Below are positions 27,322 through 36,544 of a stretch of DNA of 62,433 nt, in pieces. The notes beneath the pieces are model-generated. The model saw nothing but the letters and a program-made list of their open reading frames with translations. It did not search any database and had not been told where the DNA came from. Each line of letters begins with the position of its first letter. Position 1 is the stretch's first letter. Source of the stretch: a virus (lineage: Duplodnaviria; Caudoviricetes); the IMG/VR virus record IMGVR_UViG_3300044513_004371, positions 1-62,433 of that record. One strand, 5' to 3'. A program made the translations under genes and the position numbers.

Positions 27322-28709
27322 TACCTGCTTAAGATCTTTGCTGCATTTTCTATCTCAATGATTTTTTCTAGAGAATCAGCTACATCTTTATCATCGCGGA
27401 TTGATTTAAATACTGGATGCAGAGTTGAATAATTTCCTTCGTTATCATGAGAAAGGCCGCAACATTTCATAGTAATAATTGAACCCATTAATTTATCTTG
27501 ATTCTGAGTGATCCAGGACATCGTGGATTCATCGATTCCACCTGGACGTGTTACTACTTTACCACAGCTAGATGTCACCGTGAGTGAAGATATTACACCC
27601 TGGTTCTTGGTTCCAGGTGTTCCGTAATTAAAACCGATGATCTCCATTTCTAGATCTATTTCCAGTTTCATCTTGATCTGCCACTTAGGCTTTCCGTCTT
27701 TCCAAGGAGCTTTTACTGACTTCAAGATCGTTCCCTCAAGTCCTCTATTTAGGACCTCAACAAAATGTTCCATTGCTTCCTGATAAGAGGCAACTGGCTT
27801 AGTTTCGACTAAGCTAATCATCTTACATTTAAATTTATCGATACTTGTAGAGAGGTCATTGAATCGATCCTGGTAAACTTTATCAGATCTGCCGTTGAAG
27901 TATTCTTCAATTTCAATTCGATCCCATAGAGTGAATCTGATGAGCCCTAGAGCCTCTTCATATGACATTCCATGTCTATCTTGAATTTGTTTGATATCCT
28001 TAGAATAATCTTCATCTTCCTGAATCTTTTTACTGATGCTGATGATAGAATTGATAATACCGTTGCTCGTATTTCGATCTACTCCATCTATTGTCAATTC
28101 CCCGTTAAGAACGCAGTCATCCCAATTAGAGAGCTCATCTAGGATAGTTGCTCCGATAATCACTGTAGGTTCTCCTGATCGGCTTTCAAGGAATGCTTGA
28201 CCTTCTTGAATAATCGCATTACAATATCTTCCATCCATCTTAACTTGACTCCAAGCTTGACCTTCGCTTAAGATTTCCTTGGCTCTCTTTTCACTAAATG
28301 ATTGAGCCCCTTGATAAGGAGTAGTTTCGATCAGGTTAGGAAATATCTTATTGATATTTGTTCTTGCCATTCCTATCTTTGCGTCTTTTTCGATGATGCG
28401 CTCAATTACATGAGCATCTTCCGAACTAACTGACGATAGAATATAGGAAAGATAATCAATTGCTTCGTTGCCAGTTACTTCTCGATTTGATATGTCCTCA
28501 AGTTTTTCTAAAGCCCATGAGATAGGTAAATTAGAACCTGAAGTAGAATAATCGGGAATCTGTTTGATATGATATTTAACCCGATTTGAATAAGTATTAT
28601 ACAGTACCTTACTTAAACTTTCAAGATCTGAATTAATTTTTAGAACCTCCATCTTTTTATTGGTTCCAGATTCAGCTCTTATGCTATCAAATACTTGCTT
28701 AATTGTCAT
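27321..28709 (-). CDS. lig: ATP-dependent DNA ligase (T4 gp30-like)
   Basis: KMDGRY, NGEL, EGTILK, KMK motifs, OB-fold C-terminus; host-type promoter at 28732. Confidence 0.93.
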   Translation of the reverse strand: MTIKQVFDSIRAESGTNKKMEVLKINSDLESLSKVLYNTYSNRVKYHIKQIPDYSTSGSNLPISWALEKLEDISNREVTGNEAIDYLSYILSSVSSEDAHVIERIIEKDAKIGMARTNINKIFPNLIETTPYQGAQSFSEKRAKEILSEGQAWSQVKMDGRYCNAIIQEGQAFLESRSGEPTVIIGATILDELSNWDDCVLNGELTIDGVDRNTSNGIINSIISISKKIQEDEDYSKDIKQIQDRHGMSYEEALGLIRFTLWDRIEIEEYFNGRSDKVYQDRFNDLSTSIDKFKCKMISLVETKPVASYQEAMEHFVEVLNRGLEGTILKSVKAPWKDGKPKWQIKMKLEIDLEMEIIGFNYGTPGTKNQGVISSLTVTSSCGKVVTRPGGIDESTMSWITQNQDKLMGSIITMKCCGLSHDNEGNYSTLHPVFKSIRDDKDVADSLEKIIEIENAAKILSR

Positions 28710-28758
28710 ATCCTAGTATATTACGATTACTATAAATATACTAAATTATTGAGTATAA

Positions 28759-29190
28759 TTAAAAGCTTAAAGTACAGTCCTGGTCAATGTTATTCTCACA
28801 CCAGCCTCCAGGTACTTCAACTGCAAATCTAGCTGGTTTTTTACATTTATATTTAGGAAGATCCTGATCTTTTAGGTCTCGACATGGCTCCATAGTCATG
28901 TATTCAATCAGATTCATATTAGAATCAAAAAACATTATGTCCAATGGATAGTCTACTCCCTTCATCCAGAACTCAAGTGGAGTCTCATCCTCATATACGA
29001 ATAACATTCCTTCTCCAGACTTGGGCTCAGGAAGATCTCTATATCCCCGGGTTATTGAATCTTGTGTGCTAGAAACCTTTAAAGAAAGTGGAATGCCAGA
29101 TACCTCAGCTTGGATTCTTTTTCCATCTATTTCACATTGCTTACAGAAACTCTCAAATAGAGATATGTATTTATATTGATTATATTGCAT
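28759..29190 (-). CDS. DUF192 family protein
   Basis: GMLFVY...FWMKGVDYPLDIMF...AVEVPGG. Confidence 0.85.
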   Translation of the reverse strand: MQYNQYKYISLFESFCKQCEIDGKRIQAEVSGIPLSLKVSSTQDSITRGYRDLPEPKSGEGMLFVYEDETPLEFWMKGVDYPLDIMFFDSNMNLIEYMTMEPCRDLKDQDLPKYKCKKPARFAVEVPGGWCENNIDQDCTLSF

Positions 29191-29971
29191 CTCCGTGTCT
29201 ATGTAGAAGAGTAAACAGAGGATCTAAGCTCACTCCGTTTGGAAATCTATCTATGTATTTTTTAAGATCTCTTAGTTTTATATCTTTGTGAATACTTTCA
29301 TTTGATTCAGCCGAAATTACTCTTACGATTTTACGTCGAGATCTTTTAGGGATATCTTCAAAATAGGAAATAAGAGTGTCTTCTAATCCAAGCTCACTAA
29401 AAGTATCAAATGTAGATTCTAAATCACCTTCAGGATCTAGAATCTTCCAATAGTGACTGAATAAGAATCCTTCGTCATCAATCGACTCGGTCTCAACAAT
29501 TACATAATTAGAATCGGAAGCTGGTTCTTTATACGAATTAAGTAGAATCCTTAACTCGTATTCAAATCTGGTTATTCCTAGATCTGATATTTCCTTATTT
29601 ACGCGGGCCTCCTCTTCTTTTCTTTCTTTCTCAACCTTAGCCATGTGATCTGCATGTCTCTTTCGCATTCTCTCTTCTCGGGCTCTAACATCAGCTAAAG
29701 TTTCCCATTCTATATCTTCGGTATTAATTTCAAAATGATGCCCATGCTCATCAGTACTGGCTCCCATTGAATACTGATACTTACCATCATCTCCAGATAT
29801 CGATACTTCCTTTACATAAGGAGGATCGACCCATTCAGACCATTGACCATCTTCTTCAAATTCAACAGTTACTTCTTTTCCGTCTGGATTAATAAGTTGA
29901 ACTCGTGACCCATCAATTGACAGTATCTTTACGTTATTGGATACTTCAAATATTTTCTTGATATATTTCAT
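29180..29971 (-). CDS. Hypothetical late protein
   Basis: MKYIKKIFE N-terminus. Confidence 0.7.
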   Translation of the reverse strand: MKYIKKIFEVSNNVKILSIDGSRVQLINPDGKEVTVEFEEDGQWSEWVDPPYVKEVSISGDDGKYQYSMGASTDEHGHHFEINTEDIEWETLADVRAREERMRKRHADHMAKVEKERKEEEARVNKEISDLGITRFEYELRILLNSYKEPASDSNYVIVETESIDDEGFLFSHYWKILDPEGDLESTFDTFSELGLEDTLISYFEDIPKRSRRKIVRVISAESNESIHKDIKLRDLKKYIDRFPNGVSLDPLFTLLHRHGDAI

Positions 29972-30028
29972 TAAAAAGATTATTATCGTAACCAGGTTAT
30001 GATCTTACTCTAGTTTAGATTATTTATC

Positions 30029-30065
30029 TAAAAAAGAAAGGGATAGATGCTTGGCATCTATCCCT
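30029..30065 (-). terminator. Rho-independent terminator
   Basis: AGGGATAGATGC/GCATCTATCCCT stem plus T-run. Confidence 0.85.
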
Positions 30066-30093
30066 CGGTTCAAGGTATATACAGGGCAGAATT

Positions 30094-30426
30094 TTAAACT
30101 TCTTCTTCTTCGCCTTCTAGGTCTTCTTCACCTTCTAGGTCTTCGTCTTCTTCACCTTCAGCGTCTTCGTCTTCTTCTTCGTCTCCGCCTTCAAGTGCTT
30201 CAACTCTGGCTGTTAGTTCTTCAACCATAGCTTTGAGGTCTTCTAGAGTAACCTCTTCCTCTTCCATGCCTTCATCTTCCATGTCCTCGTCCTCGAGTCC
30301 TTCTAGTTCAGCAGCCATGTCCTCGTCTTCAGGGTTAGCACCGTAAAGACCAGCTTCGTATTTTTCCATTTCTTCAGACTCATTTAGTTTAGTCTTCATG
30401 AATCCTGCAAAGTTTTTAACCTTCAT
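30094..30426 (-). CDS. Very acidic prohead-core/scaffold-like protein
   Basis: KNFAGF...LNE N-terminus, EDLEGEE repeats. Confidence 0.55.
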   Translation of the reverse strand: MKVKNFAGFMKTKLNESEEMEKYEAGLYGANPEDEDMAAELEGLEDEDMEDEGMEEEEVTLEDLKAMVEELTARVEALEGGDEEEDEDAEGEEDEDLEGEEDLEGEEEEV

Positions 30427-30483
30427 GTTTAAATCAATTTTTTATTATTTATCAGCAAAATCTAACAAAAAATCAAAAATTAG

Positions 30484-30996
30484 TTAATCGTTCGATTTTA
30501 AGGATTGGCTTAATTCCTCAATCTCAGAGTCCAATTTATTAATTTCTGAGATCGCAGGTCTTAGAACCATGGAAGCTGTAAATAGTTTTTGCGCCGAAGC
30601 TGCTCCGACCCCTTCTCTATTATTTAAGAAGTAACTAATTGATTCTAATGTAGCTGAAGTTAATTGAACCTGATTCTTATCTTCCTTTGCTCCTCCCTTT
30701 AAAGATTCGCAGATTTGAGATATTTCAAGTTTAGATATAATTAACAAATAAGCCTGTTGAGGTCCTTTATATGGAGCCTTATCTAACGTATTTCTAAAGT
30801 ACACAGCATCAGAATAGGACATTTCTAGTTTAAACATGCCCATTCTTCTAGCCTGCATCTCCTTTAGTTTTTCCTCAGGTGTAAGCTCCTTGGTTTCTTC
30901 AGTAGATTCCTCAACGTTATCCACCTGTTCAGAGAGTTGCTCATTAACTTCTGCTACTTCCTCTGCGATCTGATTTTCAGTGCTTGTATTTGCCAT
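30484..30996 (-). CDS. Hypothetical protein
   Basis: ORF after class-2 promoter. Confidence 0.7.
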   Translation of the reverse strand: MANTSTENQIAEEVAEVNEQLSEQVDNVEESTEETKELTPEEKLKEMQARRMGMFKLEMSYSDAVYFRNTLDKAPYKGPQQAYLLIISKLEISQICESLKGGAKEDKNQVQLTSATLESISYFLNNREGVGAASAQKLFTASMVLRPAISEINKLDSEIEELSQSLKSND

Positions 30997-31013
30997 TCTT
31001 TTAAGTTTAGTAT

Positions 31014-31040
31014 ATTATACTTGAAACTTAGTTAAGGTTT
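31014..31040 (-). promoter_or_regulatory. Class-2 promoter AAACC-N15-GTATAAT
   Basis: Upstream of 30996 start. Confidence 0.55.
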
Positions 31041-31058
31041 TAAAATTATAGTAGGGGT

Positions 31059-33839
31059 TTATGCCAGAATGTCTCTTTCCCATTTAAGGGCTATAGTGTT
31101 GTGTGCTCCATTATTTAGGTGGACCATATCAGGTTCAAAGTTAGACTTATATGACATATTTCCATTAACATATATTCTATTATCCGCCTTATGTTCTCCA
31201 GTTTCAACAAATTTAGCAATTAAATCGTTTGAAGGATATTTAGAAGGATCCTCAACATTTTTCTTACTAGGATTAGAAATAGCAACTACACGTGCGCCTG
31301 ATTCTTTAGATATACGATACATATATGCTAAATTCTGCATAGGAACAGCTGGTGTATCTCTCCAAGCATCGTTTCCTCCAGCCATGATGGAAATAACATC
31401 ATACTTTTCCCCAGAATCAAGTTCTTTCTTTAGGGCAGTTGCTAAAACGTAAGTATTAGCCCCTGTTTTTGCTAATATCTTTCCGTCAACTCTTCCAGAC
31501 TTTAATAGTTTATTTGCGTAACTATTTGATCCTGCAGTTTGAGAATCTCCAACAAATAGAACTTTAAGCTTTTTCTCAGGTTGGGAAACATCGACTCCCA
31601 TTGCGGATAAGACTAAATTTCCATATGAGGTTCTCTTATTAATAGTCTCTTGTTGTTGAGATTGACTTCCTCTTATTATACTAGCAGGTTTTTCAAATTC
31701 TCTGACAAAGAATTCAGCAGAATCTCTAACTGTTTTCTTAGACTTCAAAGTGTTTAATTTACTAAATCTACTAGATATCCAATTAACTAAATAGGAATAG
31801 TTCACATCGTCAGTTGCAGGATACTTAGTTATATCTAATCCTTTAGATTTTGCATGAGAAATAAAGCTATCCTTTAGATTTTGAGATGTATATTGTGCCC
31901 ATGCATATCCACCGCTTCCAGATTGAGTTATCGTACCTCTCTTAATTCCAGATCCTTGAATTCTATCTGGAATCAATCTGCTTTCTGCCCATAAGTTACC
32001 TACTACGCCTGCTGCTTGTTCTTTGGTTATACCAAGATCACCGGTTAGTTTAGATGCTATAATTGCTCCTTTTTTAGCAATTTCAGCCTGATCACTAGAG
32101 CTTCCTAAATTGGGTATACCAGTGCTAGACGACGAGGTAGATCCTCCTTGAGAGGGCGAACCTGATCCTGATATTATAGCTCCACTCGTTCTGTTAAATA
32201 TCCTGTAGATTGATCTAGCAACCTGATTTTCAGAGCTTTCAGATGCATTAATTTTCTTTCCGTCGTAATCTAAAGTTATATTAGATCCAGTTCTTGTTGC
32301 TGTTCCTAATTCACTTCCAGATCTACTTTTAATAACTATGTTATTAGCATCCTTGAAGCTTGCAATTACAACCTTTTTATTCTCATTATCAAATATCTTA
32401 AACTTATTGTTCTTAGGAATAGAGAATTTGGAGCCCCTGGTTGCAGTCGAAGTGTTAACAACCTCACCAGATGACATTAATAGATCTTTAGTGTCCTTAT
32501 CAAGTTCTCCAGTTTCTGCTAAGCCATTGTCTTTTTGAAATCTTTTAAGTGCTCCTTGTGTTTCTTTATAAAACTTTCCATCTACACCATATTTAGGAAG
32601 ATCATATCCCGAGGATATAAGAGCCCTTTGTAAATCTACTACTGGCTTGCCCTTAGATCCATATTTAATGTTTAATACATCTCTAGTATCTTGACTATCG
32701 TCTGATCTAGAGATAGTTTGAGAGTTATCATCAAGTAGCTGATCTTTGTATTGATTAAGGAAATTTTGAGGAATCTTACTGTGCCCCATTTTAACGTACT
32801 CAGATTTACCCGACTGCTCTAGTTCCTGCAGAGCGGCATAAGTGTTTTTATAACTCACCCAGTTCGAGGAATTGGACATAATTTTAACCTTATCTGGTAT
32901 TGAATCAATGTTGTTCCAGTCGGTTTGTCGAGTTGAGGGATCTATTAGGCCTATAAATGTAATGGATGAATCATTTATGTGAGGCCATACCTTTCTAGCC
33001 CCTGCTGAGAATCCAATTAGCTTGGTAATATTAGCTCCAGGATTTTCAGCCTTAACTTGACTTAAATCTTTAGTATATTCCTCAAATATTACGCTTGATC
33101 CAGGTTCTCCAAGAGCTTCTGTCCACTGTTGCTTCATCCAGTCCGCAGTGGCATAACTTAATCCTCCAAAAACCACAGTTGTTCCGCCTCTACTGAGTCT
33201 TCTCTCTTGGCTTTCTCCTCTTGAGGTTTCAGGACCTCCCCATTTTTCTCTAAACGGACCAACGTATCTAAATATTGAGGTTTTAGATGGGTTTCTGGCC
33301 TCAACGGATCTCCAACCTGATATGCTATAGTTCTGTTCAATTTGACCTTTTCTATCCCCATTAAATCCTCCTGATGAATTAGATATAACCTTTCCTCCGT
33401 CAACTACAACTCCAACGTGACCTGGTCTGCTTCCTCTGGCAGTTAATATGATATCACCGGGCTTATAATCGCTCTTCCAATTGTCTATTCTCTTCCAATC
33501 ATCTGACGAGTTAAGAGCATTCCACATGCCGCTGGTAGATAGCTCCAACTTTTTTCCAGGCACTATAGTGTATCCAGTTGCTCTATAGAATATGATGGAT
33601 ACTGCGGCTGCGCATCCTAGATTTCCATTCTGAGTATATTTGATTGCTCTAGTTGGAACATTTACATTCGCATATGCCGAATCTCTGATGCTCCCTATTG
33701 GACCTGACTCAGGTAATTCTAGTCCGGATACTGATCTACCCTCGGACTTATCATTAATTCCGACAGTCTTGCCAAAGTCGTCGATTTCGACTTCTCCTGC
33801 TGATGACATTACTTCATATATCTTATTATCTGGCTTCAT
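31059..33839 (-). CDS. Multidomain cell-envelope hydrolase: NlpC/P60-like, alpha/beta hydrolase, PG-binding, phage tail lysozyme, SGNH esterase
   Basis: GCAAAVS..GHVGVV; IGFSAGA; LQRAL..VDGKF..FQKDNGL; AAGVVGNLWAES..AQYT..FEKPA; VGDSQT..GGND..DMVH. Confidence 0.8.
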   Translation of the reverse strand: MKPDNKIYEVMSSAGEVEIDDFGKTVGINDKSEGRSVSGLELPESGPIGSIRDSAYANVNVPTRAIKYTQNGNLGCAAAVSIIFYRATGYTIVPGKKLELSTSGMWNALNSSDDWKRIDNWKSDYKPGDIILTARGSRPGHVGVVVDGGKVISNSSGGFNGDRKGQIEQNYSISGWRSVEARNPSKTSIFRYVGPFREKWGGPETSRGESQERRLSRGGTTVVFGGLSYATADWMKQQWTEALGEPGSSVIFEEYTKDLSQVKAENPGANITKLIGFSAGARKVWPHINDSSITFIGLIDPSTRQTDWNNIDSIPDKVKIMSNSSNWVSYKNTYAALQELEQSGKSEYVKMGHSKIPQNFLNQYKDQLLDDNSQTISRSDDSQDTRDVLNIKYGSKGKPVVDLQRALISSGYDLPKYGVDGKFYKETQGALKRFQKDNGLAETGELDKDTKDLLMSSGEVVNTSTATRGSKFSIPKNNKFKIFDNENKKVVIASFKDANNIVIKSRSGSELGTATRTGSNITLDYDGKKINASESSENQVARSIYRIFNRTSGAIISGSGSPSQGGSTSSSSTGIPNLGSSSDQAEIAKKGAIIASKLTGDLGITKEQAAGVVGNLWAESRLIPDRIQGSGIKRGTITQSGSGGYAWAQYTSQNLKDSFISHAKSKGLDITKYPATDDVNYSYLVNWISSRFSKLNTLKSKKTVRDSAEFFVREFEKPASIIRGSQSQQQETINKRTSYGNLVLSAMGVDVSQPEKKLKVLFVGDSQTAGSNSYANKLLKSGRVDGKILAKTGANTYVLATALKKELDSGEKYDVISIMAGGNDAWRDTPAVPMQNLAYMYRISKESGARVVAISNPSKKNVEDPSKYPSNDLIAKFVETGEHKADNRIYVNGNMSYKSNFEPDMVHLNNGAHNTIALKWERDILA

Positions 33840-33852
33840 CTGACATGATTAT

Positions 33853-34341
33853 TTATCTTAATCTATCTAATATAATTAGTTGAGATCTGTGCATTTTTGG
33901 ATAAGCATTCTTAATTGGTACAAAGCCCGCCCAATCTATTTCCTCTAGCTGAAGTTGATTCTTAGGTATCTTAGTACCTTCGATTCCTACTTCCGAAGGA
34001 TCTTCTATTTTCATCACAAAATATACTAGTTGCCATTTCAATTTTCCAGACTGATTATAATTATTAGCAACATAAGGTTCTGGATCAAGCTTGCTTGAGT
34101 CTATCCTAATTCCAGTTTCTTCATATAACTCTCTAATCGCGGCGCTCATAGGATCTTCTCCTGGCTCGATTCCTCCCTTGGGTATACCATACGAGTTCTT
34201 TTTCCAACTAGCATTAGTTGGATGAACTAATAACACTGAATCTTGCCAAACAATCGCAACTCCAGCCGCGTTCTTGTTTGCTGAGTAATCTATCTCCTCC
34301 CAAGATTCATTGATGAAGTCATTAAAATTCATTATTCCCAT
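33853..34341 (-). CDS. Nudix hydrolase
   Basis: GGIEPGEDPMSAAIRELYEETGI Nudix box; MNFNDFINE N-terminus. Confidence 0.92.
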   Translation of the reverse strand: MGIMNFNDFINESWEEIDYSANKNAAGVAIVWQDSVLLVHPTNASWKKNSYGIPKGGIEPGEDPMSAAIRELYEETGIRIDSSKLDPEPYVANNYNQSGKLKWQLVYFVMKIEDPSEVGIEGTKIPKNQLQLEEIDWAGFVPIKNAYPKMHRSQLIILDRLR

Positions 34342-34511
34342 CCTCTAGAACTTTTATATTTTGCCTTTTTCATTTGTTCTCTTCGCTTTTGAGACTTTTT
34401 CTTGTATTCCCTTCTAGATTTTACCTCATCTAGCAATTTAGTCGAATTAACCTTTCTTCGATATTCCTTTAAGGCATATTCTATTCTCTTTATATTAGAT
34501 ATAATTATCAT
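34332..34511 (-). CDS. rpsU: Ribosomal protein bS21 (phage-encoded)
   Basis: Own translation MIIISNIKRIEYALKEYRRKVNSTKLLDEVKSRREYKKKSQKRREQMKKAKYKSSRGWE (59 aa, below ORF-track cutoff). Confidence 0.85.
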   Translation of the reverse strand: MIIISNIKRIEYALKEYRRKVNSTKLLDEVKSRREYKKKSQKRREQMKKAKYKSSRGWE

Positions 34512-35383
34512 TGTCTTTTTAATTTAGAGTAATCCAAAGCATGTTTGGATTTAATTAATTTTAGGTCTAATTCCATTCTTTTTTTATAGGGATCAACAGT
34601 TTTCTCAAATATGTGATCTTTAACAAAGTTAGGAAGTCTACATTCGTAGAAGTCTTCGTAAATCTTCTCATATATAATAGACTCCTGTAAAGGGTTTAAA
34701 TTCATATCGGTGTTAATAGATCTAATAAGAAGATCTCCTTTTACTGATTCTATTATCTCGATATTACATATATCTAATCCAAATTTTTCATTTACATTCT
34801 TGCAAATTTCCTTAGATTCCTTGATATAATCAAAATGGTTGAGATCGACATCTGCTTCAAACTTGTTTATTCTTTCTACAATGCTAATCGGTTCTCCTTT
34901 GAAAGATAATAGTTTAAATCGGGTCTTAGGAACAGGATTTTCAACGAATTTAGAATAATTTACTCCTGAATTTCTAAGCTTGCCTATAGTTTTATAATCG
35001 TCAGTGGTATGATCGTTACTAGCAATTACTGGGAACCTAAATCCTTTCTTAAGATCTCTTATATTTCTAACAACCCTTGGAGAATATTTAGAATCCTTGA
35101 GTCCCTCTAGCACTTGGTACTTATCTGGAGAATTTACAGAGTTGTACACAATTGAACTATTTTCATTGATCGCTTGGATACTAACATTAAATCCTGAATC
35201 TAGAATTATTGGGAAGTCATATTGATTCTCTACGAGAGAACTCTGTTCCGATATTATGGAATAATATGGGTGCTCTTTCTTGCTAAAAGTAGCAATCCCA
35301 ACTTGTCCTAAATACGATGATAAATCCTTAGAGTTATGCTTCTCAAATTCAGTAAAGCTCTTTATATTCACTTGAATTTTCAA
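34508..35383 (-). CDS. RimK-like ATP-grasp-fold protein, apparently degenerate
   Basis: FRFPVI..., FGLDICNIEII...GDLLIRSINT pattern lacking the E-x-N motif. Confidence 0.45.
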   Translation of the reverse strand: MKIQVNIKSFTEFEKHNSKDLSSYLGQVGIATFSKKEHPYYSIISEQSSLVENQYDFPIILDSGFNVSIQAINENSSIVYNSVNSPDKYQVLEGLKDSKYSPRVVRNIRDLKKGFRFPVIASNDHTTDDYKTIGKLRNSGVNYSKFVENPVPKTRFKLLSFKGEPISIVERINKFEADVDLNHFDYIKESKEICKNVNEKFGLDICNIEIIESVKGDLLIRSINTDMNLNPLQESIIYEKIYEDFYECRLPNFVKDHIFEKTVDPYKKRMELDLKLIKSKHALDYSKLKRQ

Positions 35384-35419
35384 CCTTTTTATTATTTATC
35401 GTCGAATAAATAAAATAAA

Positions 35420-36529
35420 ATGACTAAGATGGGAAACTCATATAGTACATGGAATTCTATGAATGAGGCCTTTGGTGCAAAAGCTAGAGGAAAACAGGTA
35501 ATCAAAGACCCTCAATCAGGTAAAAGACAAAAAATCGCATTCAAGGTTCAGAACGACAATAAGATCTTAATTAGATTAGTTAAGATGTTAAGTATTGTTG
35601 ATGCTGCTGGAAATATTACAGCACGAGGAGCTAGCATTCTAACAGAGTTTATGAATAGCCAACTTGCTATATTAAACTCTATCCCAGGTGCAACTAAATC
35701 AATTAATGACGAGTGGTTTAAGAATCACTTTTTCATATATACTGTTTTAAAGGACACACAGACAAGGGAAGACGAGGGACCTGCAAAGAATGGTAGAGAA
35801 AAAATACAGCTAACTATTGTTAACCGAGCTGATTTTCCTAATATTCCAGCAGGAGCTAAATTCGTAAATACCAACGTCGCAGCTAGTGGAGCAGAATCTT
35901 CACCTATTATACAAGATGTGGTTCAAGATAACCAACAAACCGTTGCAGTTGATGACACTGACGAAGGTGCAAACATTTTACAAGATGATCTTTCAACTGG
36001 AGACGCTGAAGGAACTGAAGAAACTCAGACTCTAGTCGGTAAGAAGTTTAGATATACTATGAGAACTAATCAGAAACTATATCTAATGGAGTTCACAGAA
36101 GATGGTGCAATAGATGCGAGAGCTGTGGAAGACAATAAGCCAAACGGAGTAGTATCTTGGCAGGATCCAAAAGTTATGTGGATTACTGATGAAGATGAAG
36201 GATCCGCTGGATGGGTTGAAGGATGGAGCGAAGCAGCGATGCCTCTATATTCTGACCAAGAAATAACGAATAGAATTGATAAGGATTTCTTTACTAAGAT
36301 CTTCACAGATTCTGAATTTAGAGACAGAATAATTAAGGAATATGAAGATGAGTGGGGAGATTCAGAGCTCACTGCCGAAAACATTAGAAAAATGTTGTAT
36401 TACACTAGCGGAGAAAAGATATTTCCTGGAGCAAGTTCACCTGAACCAGAACCAGCAGATCTTGGAGATGGAGCAGTTTCAGATCTTGGACCAACGGCAG
36501 TTGATATATACCAACAAAGAACATTCTAA
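35420..36529 (+). CDS. Hypothetical late protein
   Basis: SYSTW...MNE N-terminus; late promoter. Confidence 0.7.
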   Translation: MTKMGNSYSTWNSMNEAFGAKARGKQVIKDPQSGKRQKIAFKVQNDNKILIRLVKMLSIVDAAGNITARGASILTEFMNSQLAILNSIPGATKSINDEWFKNHFFIYTVLKDTQTREDEGPAKNGREKIQLTIVNRADFPNIPAGAKFVNTNVAASGAESSPIIQDVVQDNQQTVAVDDTDEGANILQDDLSTGDAEGTEETQTLVGKKFRYTMRTNQKLYLMEFTEDGAIDARAVEDNKPNGVVSWQDPKVMWITDEDEGSAGWVEGWSEAAMPLYSDQEITNRIDKDFFTKIFTDSEFRDRIIKEYEDEWGDSELTAENIRKMLYYTSGEKIFPGASSPEPEPADLGDGAVSDLGPTAVDIYQQRTF

Positions 36530-36544
36530 AAAAAGAAAACAGAT

